From Nitrospira sp. (GTDB lineage Bacteria; Nitrospirota; Thermodesulfovibrionia; Thermodesulfovibrionales; SM23-35): 63,963 nt of DNA. Location: contig VGWX01000003.1 in the NCBI GenBank assembly GCA_016873615.1, forward strand, positions 1-63,963, read 5' to 3'. A model generated the notes under the pieces. The model did no database searches, was not told the DNA's origin, and worked only from the letters and a program-made list of their open reading frames with translations. This document shows positions 55,714-63,963 of this stretch, one piece after another. The number at the start of each line of letters is the position of its first letter. Position 1 is the stretch's first letter. The position numbers and the translations under genes are program-made.

Positions 55714-55893
55714 TCATTCCTCCTGATCGTAATTATCATTCTTATATATGGCGCCTTCTGCCTTGCCTTATAAAATGCTTTTCTTATATTATGCATCTTC
55801 CGAATATTTTATGCATATTATCACAGCTATACAGCATCGTCAATTATTCCCTTTACCAATAATAATTACAGATGCTAAAATTTTTTCCATCCA

Positions 55894-56586
55894 ATGAAAT
55901 ATATGAGCATTAAGAATTGGCCTGAAGACGAGAGGCCGAGAGAACGGTTACTGAAATACGGCGCCCATAACCTCTCAGATGCACAACTCCTTGCCATAAT
56001 ACTCCGTACCGGAGGTGGAGGTAAAAGCGCCCTTGACCTTTCGATGGAACTGCTCACATCATTTGGGGAGCTGAAGAAGATTGAAAATGCATCTCCGGGA
56101 GAATTTGCGCCTTTCAAAGGCATGGGCGCTGTAAAGGTTGCCCAGTTAAAGGCTGCGTTTGAACTCGGCAGAAGAGCGCTTAAAGAGACCGGTGAAAAAG
56201 GCCCTGTTTTCTCATCAGGTCATGACGTATACTTATATTACTGTCAGCGTTTTAAGCACCTGAAGAAAGAAGTGTTTTGCTGTGCTATGTTAGATGCAAA
56301 AAACAGGGTATTCAAGGATTATCGTGTCTCTGAAGGAACACTCACGCATTCATTAGTGCATCCCCGTGAGGCGTTCAGGGACGCTATTAAGGAATCTGCT
56401 GCATCCGTTATATTTATACATAATCATCCGAGCGGCGATCCGGCTCCGAGCAGGGAAGACATAGCAATAACAGAACGGCTCGCTGATGCCGGCGGCATAG
56501 TCGGGATAAATGTTCTCGATCACATAATCATTGGAGATGATACGTACACAAGTATGATGGAAAAAGGATACATAAAGAAAAAATAA
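55894..56586 (+). CDS. radC: RadC-family JAB/MPN domain protein
   Basis: HhH N-domain and JAMM motif 'HNHPSGDPAPS'. Confidence 0.9.
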   Translation: MKYMSIKNWPEDERPRERLLKYGAHNLSDAQLLAIILRTGGGGKSALDLSMELLTSFGELKKIENASPGEFAPFKGMGAVKVAQLKAAFELGRRALKETGEKGPVFSSGHDVYLYYCQRFKHLKKEVFCCAMLDAKNRVFKDYRVSEGTLTHSLVHPREAFRDAIKESAASVIFIHNHPSGDPAPSREDIAITERLADAGGIVGINVLDHIIIGDDTYTSMMEKGYIKKK

Positions 56587-56630
56587 TCAAAATTAAAATA
56601 TAAAACGATTACCAGAGGAGGGGTTAGACA

Positions 56631-57233
56631 ATGGCAAAGATTAAGAGGGCGCTCATCAGTGTTTCCAATAAAAAAGGCCTTGTAGAGTTCGCAAGGACAC
56701 TTGCTGAAAAGGGGGTTGAAATTCTTTCAACAGGCGGGACAGCAAAAGCCTTAAGGGATGCAGGGATCCCTGTAAAAGATGTTTCAGAGCATACCGGGTC
56801 TCCGGAAATGCTTGACGGAAGAGTTAAAACTCTTCATCCCAGGATCCACGGCGGCTTGCTCTCACGCAGGGATAATCCAAAGGACATGGAGGAAATTAAA
56901 AAGCACGGCATAGATACGATAGATATGGTTGTTGTAAACCTGTACCCCTTTGAAGAGACGATCTCAAAGGAGGGAGTTGCCTTTGCAGATGCTATTGAGA
57001 ATATCGACATAGGCGGGCCTGCAATGTTGCGCTCTGCATCAAAAAATTTTCAGGATGTTGCTGTTATAGTAGATCCGGCAGACTATGAAAAGATCATCAA
57101 TGAAATGAAAGGCCCGAATACAGACCTTAGTTATGAGACAAGACTGGAACTGGCAAAAAAGGTATTCAGACATACATCAAGATACGATGCGATCATTGCT
57201 GATTACCTGACAAAAATAACAGAGGGGAAATAG
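56631..57233 (+). CDS. purH: Stand-alone IMP cyclohydrolase (MGS-like N-terminal domain of PurH); no AICAR transformylase domain
   Basis: '[15 protein letters not shown]...STGGTAK...[15 protein letters not shown]'. The ORF stops after 200 aa. Confidence 0.8.
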   Translation: MAKIKRALISVSNKKGLVEFARTLAEKGVEILSTGGTAKALRDAGIPVKDVSEHTGSPEMLDGRVKTLHPRIHGGLLSRRDNPKDMEEIKKHGIDTIDMVVVNLYPFEETISKEGVAFADAIENIDIGGPAMLRSASKNFQDVAVIVDPADYEKIINEMKGPNTDLSYETRLELAKKVFRHTSRYDAIIADYLTKITEGK

Positions 57234-57246
57234 GACGGGGTTCTTC

Positions 57247-58509
57247 ATGAAAGTTCTTGTTATTGGCGGAGGGGGAAGAGAACACGCAATTATATGGAAA
57301 CTCTCGCAGAGCAAACATATTAATAAGATTTATTGCTGCCCCGGCAATACAGGCATAGCTGAAATTGCAGAGTGCATCGATTTAAGTCCCTATGACTTCA
57401 GCGCCCTCATTGACTTTGTGAAATATGAGTGGATCGATCTGACAATCATAGGGTCGGAAAGGGTATTTTCAAAGGATATAGTAAATGCATTTGAAAAGGA
57501 AGGTTGCAGGATATTAGGTCCCGGCGATACAGCAGCACAGGCAAGTTCGAGCAGGATATTTGCAAAGAACCTGTTGCAGCTGCATCGTATCCCGACGGCA
57601 GAATATAAGGTATTTACATCGTATCTTCATGCCCAGGATCATGTCAGGTTAAAGGGCGCGCCGATAGTAATCAAGACAGACGGGCGTCCCGGGTATAAAG
57701 GCGCTTTTGTTGCCTCTACGGTAGAACAGGCATTAGACATCATTAAGCTCATTCTAAAAGATAGAATTTTTAGTGACGCAGGCAGACAGGTAATTATTGA
57801 AGAGCATTTTAAAGGTGAAAGATTATCATATGTGGCAGCAACCGACGGCGAGGTCATTCTGCCGCTTACAACTCTCTGCATATATCGAAGCGCTGTGGAA
57901 GCCGGCACAGTATCAAGTACGGCAAGTCGGGGCGCTATTAGTCCTGCACCTAATATGAACAAAGAGCTTGAAGCTGTTATAATGGAAAAGATAATGAAAC
58001 CTGCGCTAAAGGCGCTCAATTCTGAGCGTTTAAAATATAGAGGTTTCATATCTGCAGATCTGATAATAGACAAGGGGAGAGTACTTCTTGATGAGCTGAA
58101 TTGCTGTTTTGAAGATTTAGTGGCAGAGACTATACTCCCGAGACTCAGGAATGACCTAACTGATGTTATAGTTGCCATGCTGGGGCAACAGTTATCTGAT
58201 GTACAAGTTGAATGGAAACACGAGGCTTCCGTTTGCATTGCACTGCACTCAACAGTCTCTTCCGGAATAAACGGGAAAGGTGTCATGCTGAACGGCCTCG
58301 AAAGGATAAAACCGGTTCAGGATGTCATTATATTCCACGAAAATACATCTTTTAACAATGCTGATATTATCACATCCGGCGGCAGGGCCATAAGCATAAC
58401 AGCCTTGGGCGCTGACATAAAGGAGGCACGATCAAGGGCTTATTCTATAATAGAAAAAATTCATTTTAACGGGATGAATTATATCACTGATATCGGCGCT
58501 ATGGATTAA
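57247..58509 (+). CDS. purD: Phosphoribosylamine-glycine ligase
   Basis: 'MKVLVIGGGGREHAIIWKL' and ATP-grasp architecture. Confidence 0.92.
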   Translation: MKVLVIGGGGREHAIIWKLSQSKHINKIYCCPGNTGIAEIAECIDLSPYDFSALIDFVKYEWIDLTIIGSERVFSKDIVNAFEKEGCRILGPGDTAAQASSSRIFAKNLLQLHRIPTAEYKVFTSYLHAQDHVRLKGAPIVIKTDGRPGYKGAFVASTVEQALDIIKLILKDRIFSDAGRQVIIEEHFKGERLSYVAATDGEVILPLTTLCIYRSAVEAGTVSSTASRGAISPAPNMNKELEAVIMEKIMKPALKALNSERLKYRGFISADLIIDKGRVLLDELNCCFEDLVAETILPRLRNDLTDVIVAMLGQQLSDVQVEWKHEASVCIALHSTVSSGINGKGVMLNGLERIKPVQDVIIFHENTSFNNADIITSGGRAISITALGADIKEARSRAYSIIEKIHFNGMNYITDIGAMD

Positions 58510-58518
58510 GGAGAAAAT

Positions 58519-59022
58519 ATGAAACCACAGGTATTAATAATTATGGGCAGTGATTCTGACCTGCCGATCATGGCAAACGCAGAGGAGATCCTGAAAAAAC
58601 TGAAAATCCCCTATGAGATGACTATTGCATCTGCACACAGAACTCCGGAACGAGCTGTAAAAATTGCCACAGAGGCTGAAGGAAAAGGCATTGAAGTTAT
58701 AATCGCAGGCGCCGGCATGGCTGCTCACCTGGCTGGAGTAATTGCAGCGCATACGATTATCCCTGTAATAGGAGTTCCAATAGACTCATCACCTCTTCAT
58801 GGTATGGATTCGCTTCTTTCCACCGTTCAGATGCCTCCAGGGGTCCCTGTTGCTACAATGGCGATAGGCAAATCCGGTGCAAAAAACGCTGCTATCCTTT
58901 CGGCCCAGATTATTGGCAGGAAAGACCAGACTATTGTAAAAAGATTAAAAGATTATAGAAAGAAGATGGCAGAAGAGGTTGAGAAAAAGGCAGAGGCAAT
59001 CAAAGGTTCCAGCGATCAGTAA
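58519..59022 (+). CDS. purE: 5-(carboxyamino)imidazole ribonucleotide mutase
   Basis: 'VLIIMGSDSDLPIM...ASAHRTPE...IAGAGMAAHLAGV'. Confidence 0.93.
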   Translation: MKPQVLIIMGSDSDLPIMANAEEILKKLKIPYEMTIASAHRTPERAVKIATEAEGKGIEVIIAGAGMAAHLAGVIAAHTIIPVIGVPIDSSPLHGMDSLLSTVQMPPGVPVATMAIGKSGAKNAAILSAQIIGRKDQTIVKRLKDYRKKMAEEVEKKAEAIKGSSDQ

Positions 59023-59867
59023 TGAGGGTAGATATCGATTGCTTTCCGTGTTTCCTCCGGCAATCCATTATTGCTCTGAGGCTTGGGACAGAAGATAAGG
59101 CGTTACAGGAATTAATTTTAAAAAGCATCCTTGAAGTTATACGCAATACTGATGTATCAAAAACCCCTGCACATATAACCACTTTTATTCACAGGAAGAT
59201 CAGGGAGATGCTGAACAAAGATCCCTTTAAGGAGATAAAATCAGAATATAACCATATCGCGCTCGGTCTGTATCCCGGACTAAAAGAGATGGTCGAAAAA
59301 AGCCCTGACCCTTTATTGACAGGCACGAGATTGTCTGTTGCCGGCAATGTGATAGATTTCGGGATATTCACTTCTGTAGATATAGATGGAACTATCAGAA
59401 GGGCTATGAACAATGAATTTGCTGTGGACGATTACGATGTGTTCAGGGATGCTCTATCCCGTACGGATAATATCCTTTATCTGACTGATAATGCCGGAGA
59501 GATCGTATTTGACAGGCTGCTTATCGAGACGCTCATCAGCCTTGGCAAAAGGGTTACCGCAGTTGTCAAAGGCTCTCCCGTAATTAATGATGCAATATTA
59601 GAAGATGCGGAAGAATCAGGCCTTACAGAGGTTTGTGAAGTTATTGACAATGGCTCTGAAGCTGTCGGCACGATCCTCGACTGGACATCTCCTTCATTTC
59701 AAGAGGCGTTTAAAAATGCTCCTTTAATTATCAGCAAAGGACAGGGCAATTTCGAAACACTCATCGGCGCTGAAAAGAAAATATTCTTCCTCTTCCAATC
59801 CAAATGTGATGTGGTTTCTAAAGAACTTGGCCTTCCAACTGGATCAATGCTTCTCAAGAAATCATGA
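59022..59867 (+). CDS. DUF89-family (damage-control phosphatase / ARMT1-like) protein
   Basis: Family motifs 'TDNAGEIVFD' and 'KGQGNFE'. The ATG overlaps the purE TAA (TAATG). Confidence 0.8.
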   Translation: MRVDIDCFPCFLRQSIIALRLGTEDKALQELILKSILEVIRNTDVSKTPAHITTFIHRKIREMLNKDPFKEIKSEYNHIALGLYPGLKEMVEKSPDPLLTGTRLSVAGNVIDFGIFTSVDIDGTIRRAMNNEFAVDDYDVFRDALSRTDNILYLTDNAGEIVFDRLLIETLISLGKRVTAVVKGSPVINDAILEDAEESGLTEVCEVIDNGSEAVGTILDWTSPSFQEAFKNAPLIISKGQGNFETLIGAEKKIFFLFQSKCDVVSKELGLPTGSMLLKKS

Positions 59868-59900
59868 TTTTGCTGGCTGGATAATACTATCGGGTAAAGC

Positions 59901-60221
59901 CTATTTCCTTCCTCCCCGGAATCCGAAACCGCCTTTTTCCCTTGAGCGGCCCCTATCGCCTCTCTCGCGCCTTTCCTGTGGTTTTGCCTCATTTACAATA
60001 ATTTCTCTTTCCATAAAGGCATGACCGTTCAATTTTGCAACTGCCTGCTGAGCCTCTTCGTTAGAGGCCATTTCAACGAAGCCAAAACCTCTGAGCCTGC
60101 CTGTAGCTGCATCTGTAATAAGCTTAACAGATACAACTTCACCTGCCTGAGAGAACAGATTCTTCACATCATCCTCCGTAGCCTTAAAGGAGATGTTCCC
60201 GACGTAAAGCCTTTTACTCAT
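59901..60221 (-). CDS. RRM-domain RNA-binding protein with a Gly/Arg-rich tail
   Basis: RNP-2 'LYVGNI', RNP-1 'RGFGFVEM', C-terminal 'RGDRGRSREKGGFGFRGGRK'. Confidence 0.9.
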   Translation of the reverse strand: MSKRLYVGNISFKATEDDVKNLFSQAGEVVSVKLITDAATGRLRGFGFVEMASNEEAQQAVAKLNGHAFMEREIIVNEAKPQERRERGDRGRSREKGGFGFRGGRK

Positions 60222-60350
60222 TCTTCCTCCTCATAATATTTGATACTCGATTAAACACCAAAAATAGCCTGAAAATACGCAAAATAACTATGTTAAATAA
60301 GGAAACCATTTGTCAAGCAATAAATAAAACCGTGCTCAAAGTTGAAATTA

Positions 60351-60776
60351 TTACAGGGATAGTGCGTTTGTTTTTATATCTTCTATTGCTTCTTCGGCAA
60401 TAATCCTTACATTCTCATCAGTATCATTGAGCATTTCTTCAAGAAACGGAATAGCATCCTTATCTCCTATTATGCCAAACAGATTGGCTGCATCACCTCT
60501 GATTACGGGATTTTGATCTTTCAGGAGAGGAAGTATGTACGGCGCTGCTCTTGATATATTTTCCGGATCCTCTTTTTTTAATGTCTCAAAAAGCGCTATA
60601 ACGCCGATCCTTACCCGAATCCTCTCATCCGACATTAAGTATCCGGCATATTCGTAAAGGTTTTTATCATATTTGAACATATCAATGATATTATCAAGCA
60701 GACCGTTTTCCATATAGTCGGCAATCATCTTTTTATCATCGATCTCCTGCGGGTTTTTTTGTTCCATCAGAAGCAT
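60351..60776 (-). CDS. HEAT-repeat (PBS-lyase-like) protein
   Basis: Repeated 'D.n..VR..A...LG.IGD..AIP.L' pattern. Confidence 0.65.
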   Translation of the reverse strand: MLLMEQKNPQEIDDKKMIADYMENGLLDNIIDMFKYDKNLYEYAGYLMSDERIRVRIGVIALFETLKKEDPENISRAAPYILPLLKDQNPVIRGDAANLFGIIGDKDAIPFLEEMLNDTDENVRIIAEEAIEDIKTNALSL

Positions 60777-60921
60777 ATAGTACTATAATGTTCTTTATAT
60801 TGTCACTGTGCCGCCGCTGTGAAAATTATATTTATTCGACAACCACAAATACTTCCAGGTCTGAGAAATCTGAATTGTTGTATAATCTCTATACAAAAAA
60901 TTCATATGGGATAGATATAAG

Positions 60922-62379
60922 ATGAAGATTTATAACACACTCAGCAGAGAAAAAGAGGAATTCATCCCCTTAATGGAGGATAAAGTCAGGATATACGCAT
61001 GCGGGGTAACGGTATATGACTACTGCCATATAGGTCATGCACGGAGCGCTATTGTATTCGATGTCATAAGGAGATATCTGAAACATAAAGGCTTTCATGT
61101 GACGTATATAAGGAATTTCACTGATATAGACGACAAGATAATCAACAGGGCAAACCAGGAAGGTATTACTTGGGATACAGTTGCCGGAAAATACACAGAT
61201 GAATATTACAGGGATATGGACAGGCTGGGCGTTGGACGGGCTGATGCAGAGCCAAAGGCAACAGAATATATTCAAGAGATGATAGATATCGTCAAAGGAC
61301 TTGTTGAAAAAGGTTTTGCTTATGAAGCTGACGGCAGTGTCTATTTTAGCGTTGATACATTTTCAGGATATGGGAAATTATCAAAAAGGGATCCTGAAGA
61401 AATGATAGCCGGAGCAAGGGTTGAAGTTGATGAACGGAAAAAAAACCCGTTAGATTTTGCCTTATGGAAAAAATCAAAAGAAGGAGAGCCATTCTGGGAA
61501 AGTCCATGGGGATTGGGAAGGCCGGGCTGGCATATTGAATGCTCTGCCATGTCTCTGAAGCATCTCGGAGAAAGTTTTGATATTCATGGAGGCGGCGCTG
61601 ATCTGCTCTTCCCCCATCATGAAAATGAGATAGCTCAGTCAGAGGCATTTACAGGGAAACCTTTTGCAAGGTTCTGGATACATAATGGCTTTATTACCAT
61701 CGACAAAGAAAAGATGTCAAAATCACTCGGCAACTTCTTTACAATAAGAGAAGTCCTTGATACATTTGATCCGGAAGTAATCAGGCTTTTCCTCCTCTCC
61801 ACTCATTACAGGAGTCCGATAGAGTTTTCTGATGAACAATTACACGAGTCAGAGACCTCGATAGACAGATATTACTCTACAATTATGAGGATAAACGATT
61901 TTCTCGAAAAGGATTATAACGTTAAGAATGACTTTTCAAATAGCGGGAAGATCTTCAAAGACCTGCTTTTTTCTTTCAGAGACAGATTCGGGGAGGCAAT
62001 GGATGATGATTTTAATACTGCCCTTGCGCTTGGACATATCTTTGAGATCATCCGGGAGGCAAACAGATTTCTCGATCATAAACCCTCGGGAACAAAAGAC
62101 AGAGAACTTTTATTATTGACAAAAGAGTTGCTTTCAGAAGCCGGGAGTGTTCTCAATATATTCGATAGAACCCCCCATGAGTGGTATCTTTCATTGATGA
62201 AGATAAAAAAGATCGGGCTTTCTGAACAGGATATTCTGGAGAAGATCAGTGAACGTCAGGATGCAAGGCAGAAAAAAGACTGGGGTTCTGCTGATGCAAT
62301 CAGGAAAGAACTCGAAGAAAAAGGGATTATCCTTGAAGACAAAAAAGACCGGACTGACTGGAAAATCAAGGTCGGATAG
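60922..62379 (+). CDS. cysS: Cysteine-tRNA ligase
   Basis: 'HIGHARS' (HIGH) and 'KMSKS' motifs. Full length. Confidence 0.97.
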   Translation: MKIYNTLSREKEEFIPLMEDKVRIYACGVTVYDYCHIGHARSAIVFDVIRRYLKHKGFHVTYIRNFTDIDDKIINRANQEGITWDTVAGKYTDEYYRDMDRLGVGRADAEPKATEYIQEMIDIVKGLVEKGFAYEADGSVYFSVDTFSGYGKLSKRDPEEMIAGARVEVDERKKNPLDFALWKKSKEGEPFWESPWGLGRPGWHIECSAMSLKHLGESFDIHGGGADLLFPHHENEIAQSEAFTGKPFARFWIHNGFITIDKEKMSKSLGNFFTIREVLDTFDPEVIRLFLLSTHYRSPIEFSDEQLHESETSIDRYYSTIMRINDFLEKDYNVKNDFSNSGKIFKDLLFSFRDRFGEAMDDDFNTALALGHIFEIIREANRFLDHKPSGTKDRELLLLTKELLSEAGSVLNIFDRTPHEWYLSLMKIKKIGLSEQDILEKISERQDARQKKDWGSADAIRKELEEKGIILEDKKDRTDWKIKVG

Positions 62380-63112
62380 CGAATGGATTTACGGCTTGAA
62401 CCCTGTGATGGAAGCAGCAAGAGCAGGGAGAATCATTAAACGTATCGTTATTTCGACAGCCAGACATGATAAGGCGTCTGAAGTCAGGAAAGAGGCAGAA
62501 AGCAGACATATACCCGTTGAATTCGCAGATCCGGTTTTTTTTGACAATACTTTCAGGAAGGGACACCAGGGAATCGCTGCCGAGGCCTCGCCAAAAGACT
62601 ATGTAGATATTGAAGATTTAATTGATATACCTTTCAGAAAAAATGAACCTGCGCTGTTCATAATTCTTGACTGTATTGAAGACCCAAGAAACCTTGGCGC
62701 AGTATTAAGGGTAGCAGATGCCGCCGGTGTGCATGGAATTGTCATACAATCACACAGGTCTGCTACGCTCGGTTCCGGGGTGTCAAAGGTTTCGGCAGGC
62801 GCTGTTGAGTACATCCCTGTCTCCATCGTAGCAAATATCAAGCATGCTTTTCACGCAATGAAGAAGAGAGGGATAACTATAATAGGAGCAGAAGCAAATG
62901 CAAAGGACACGATCTGGGATGCTCCTTTCACAGAACCTTTGGCCCTCGTGATCGGTTCTGAGGGTAAAGGGTTGAGGAAAACAGTCAGTGATCAATGTGA
63001 CATCCTGGTCAGCATCCCTATGCATGGCAAAATAAACTCCCTTAATGTCTCCGTTGCTACAGGTATATTGGCCTTCGAGATATTGAGACAAAGAATTAAA
63101 AAAAGTTTATAA
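62294..63112 (+). CDS. rlmB: TrmH-family (SPOUT) 23S rRNA 2'-O-methyltransferase, RlmB-like
   Basis: 'IYGLNPVMEA', 'LDCIEDPRNLGAVLRVADAAGV', 'GSEGKGLR...IPMHGKINSLNVSVATGI'. Start uncertain (ATG at 62294 or TTG at 62333); the gene overlaps the cysS 3' end. Confidence 0.8.
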   Translation: MQSGKNSKKKGLSLKTKKTGLTGKSRSDSEWIYGLNPVMEAARAGRIIKRIVISTARHDKASEVRKEAESRHIPVEFADPVFFDNTFRKGHQGIAAEASPKDYVDIEDLIDIPFRKNEPALFIILDCIEDPRNLGAVLRVADAAGVHGIVIQSHRSATLGSGVSKVSAGAVEYIPVSIVANIKHAFHAMKKRGITIIGAEANAKDTIWDAPFTEPLALVIGSEGKGLRKTVSDQCDILVSIPMHGKINSLNVSVATGILAFEILRQRIKKSL

Positions 63113-63258
63113 AAGTTAGAAAAATAGCAATATCTAAAAATATACTTGAAATATTGCCATTGACCTTTTTATAATATACGTTGTTTAATTCAAATTCTAA
63201 TGAAAAGGGGTTAGTGTTGCCTTTTTCTGTTCTTTCAATTACCAGGGGATTTTATAAA

Positions 63259-63334
63259 GCCACCGTAGCTCAGCTGGCAGAGCAGCTGATTTGTAATCAG
63301 CGGGTCGGGGGTTCGATTCCCTTCGGTGGCTCCA
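63259..63334 (+). tRNA. tRNA-Thr (anticodon TGT), CCA encoded
   Basis: Cloverleaf folded by hand: acceptor GCCACCG/CGGTGGC, anticodon loop TTTGTAA, T-loop TTCGATT. Confidence 0.9.
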
Positions 63335-63351
63335 GGCCTATAGCTCGTAGA

Positions 63352-63436
63352 GGAGAGGTTCCCGAGCGGCCAAAGGGAGCAGACTGTAAATCTGCCGGCG
63401 CAGCCTTCGGAGGTTCGAATCCTCCCCTCTCCACCA
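63352..63436 (+). tRNA. tRNA-Tyr (anticodon GTA), long variable arm, CCA encoded
   Basis: Acceptor GGAGAGG/CCTCTCC, anticodon loop CTGTAAA, variable arm CGGCGCAGCCTTC. Confidence 0.9.
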
Positions 63437-63453
63437 GCAAACTTCTCTTTGAG

Positions 63454-63542
63454 AAGTTAAAAGTTAAAAGTTTGAAGTTAAAAGTTAAGAATGAAAAACC
63501 GTAATCCGGAACTTTTAACTTATAACTTTTCACTTTTAACTT
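63454..63542 (+). repeat. 33-bp-arm inverted repeat built from AAGTTAAAAGT units in the tRNA-Tyr/tRNA-Gly spacer
   Basis: Arms at 63454..63486 and 63510..63542, about 30/33 complementary, with a 23-nt loop. Confidence 0.85.
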
Positions 63543-63551
63543 TTTTATAGT

Positions 63552-63626
63552 GCGGGAGTAGCTCAGTGGTAGAGCGTCAGCCTTCCAAGCTGAGGGTCGC
63601 GGGTTCGAATCCCGTTTCCCGCTCCA
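63552..63626 (+). tRNA. tRNA-Gly (anticodon TCC), CCA encoded
   Basis: Acceptor GCGGGAG/TTCCCGC (one G-U pair), anticodon loop CTTCCAA. Confidence 0.9.
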
Positions 63627-63632
63627 AGCTCA

Positions 63633-63726
63633 CAGTTAAGAGTTAAAAGTTATAAGTGATAAATTTAAGGATATGGAAAAATATATTTTTATGTGCTTAA
63701 AACTTATAACTTTTCACTTTTAACTG
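63633..63726 (+). repeat. 25-bp-arm inverted repeat of the same unit family in the tRNA-Gly/tRNA-Thr spacer
   Basis: Arms at 63633..63657 and 63702..63726, about 23/25 complementary, with a 44-nt loop. Confidence 0.8.
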
Positions 63727-63737
63727 GCGTTAAAAGT

Positions 63738-63810
63738 GCCCATGTAGCTCAGTCGGTAGAGCACATCCTTGGTAAGGATGAGGTCACCGGTTCAATCCCG
63801 GTCATGGGCT
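63738..63810 (+). tRNA. tRNA-Thr (anticodon GGT), CCA not encoded
   Basis: Acceptor GCCCATG/CATGGGC, anticodon loop TTGGTAA, T-loop TTCAATC. Confidence 0.9.
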
Positions 63811-63883
63811 TTGAGAATTATTGTTGTTTGTTACACGTTATTCGTTAAGCGTTATTCGAATAACTAAAAAAAGAGGAGGAAAA

Positions 63884-63963
63884 ATGGCAAAGGCTAAATT
63901 TGAGAGGGTAAAGCCTCATGCGAACATAGGGACGATCGGGCATGTAGACCATGGCAAGACGAC
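63884..63963 (+). CDS. tuf: Elongation factor Tu, N-terminal 26 codons (runs off the window)
   Basis: '[26 protein letters not shown]' preceded by the AGGAGG Shine-Dalgarno sequence. Confidence 0.95.
   Translation, partial: MAKAKFERVKPHANIGTIGHVDHGKT

Noticed and set aside
57639-58286. Long opposite-strand ORFs inside well-supported genes. Examples: the 215-aa ORF antisense to purD, 6093..6647 antisense to the acyl-ligase fusion, 45032..45484 antisense to wzt, and 41519..42001 antisense to the beta-propeller genes.
   Set aside because: They are fully contained in genes with clear family motifs on the other strand. Their translations are low-complexity or Ser/Pro/Arg-rich with no recognisable motifs. 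They cluster where GC is higher, as expected for shadow ORFs.
60287-60316. Sigma-70 promoter for the RRM-protein gene (TTGACA at 60311..60316 on the minus strand).
   Set aside because: The -35 hexamer is perfect, but no acceptable -10 hexamer lies at 16-18 nt spacing; the best is CATAGT. This is too weak to annotate.
60777-60921. T-box or other leader riboswitch upstream of cysS, and a purine riboswitch upstream of the purH-purD block (56587..56630).
   Set aside because: The leaders are too short (about 145 nt shared with a divergent gene, and 44 nt). I could not find specifier/T-box or purine-aptamer conserved segments.
63181-63533. ORFs 63181..63504 (+) and 63297..63533 (-) across the tRNA cluster.
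   Set aside because: They run straight through two hand-folded tRNA genes and the repeat spacer, so they are translation artefacts.
63437-63737. Possibility that the AAGTTAAAAGT repeats form a CRISPR array.
   Set aside because: The units are about 11 nt and are arranged as inverted, self-complementary arms without unique spacers of 30-40 nt. They sit between tRNA genes, and no cas genes are in the window.

Overview
Chromosomal window from a moderately AT-rich diderm bacterium; the lineage cannot be assigned from the sequence alone. Housekeeping blocks frame several accessory regions. The housekeeping genes are mnmG-rsmG, rho, gap-pgk, speH, purH(N-domain)-purD-purE, cysS-rlmB, and a tRNA-Thr/Tyr/Gly/Thr cluster followed by the start of tuf.

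(1) 1-8.1 kb: a decayed tyrosine recombinase, then a MacB/FtsX-type ABC transporter operon with an AttH/CrtC-like lipoprotein. This operon is divergent from a tri-domain acyl-AMP ligase / carrier protein / PlsC-acyltransferase fusion.

(2) 8.8-14.6 kb: an orphan GHKL ATPase of about 760 aa, a mazEF-type toxin-antitoxin pair, and a two-gene radical-SAM operon.

(3) 23.4-47.9 kb: a same-strand (minus) glycan-biosynthesis super-operon of about 24.5 kb. It opens with a wHTH regulator, an RfaH-like NusG paralog and an ops-like GGCGGTAGCCTG leader motif, followed by wzm/wzt ABC export genes. It also carries amino-sugar genes (DegT, WbqC, GNAT), two tandem beta-propeller paralogs in a visibly GC-richer block, six GT2/GT4 glycosyltransferases, a polytopic GT-C-like membrane protein, five intact SAM methyltransferases, two decayed methyltransferase remnants, an AsnB-type amidotransferase and a SPASM radical-SAM enzyme.

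(4) 48.1-55.7 kb: a pilin locus. It has three type IV pilins (two are tandem paralogs behind a sigma-54-type promoter), a TMTC/PMT-like GT-C+TPR gene broken by one in-frame TGA, a GT2, a B12-radical-SAM gene and a GspG pseudopilin.

Several families of structured intergenic repeats are scattered through the window. One of them also occurs in-frame inside a coding sequence. No CRISPR array, rRNA or intact transposase was seen.
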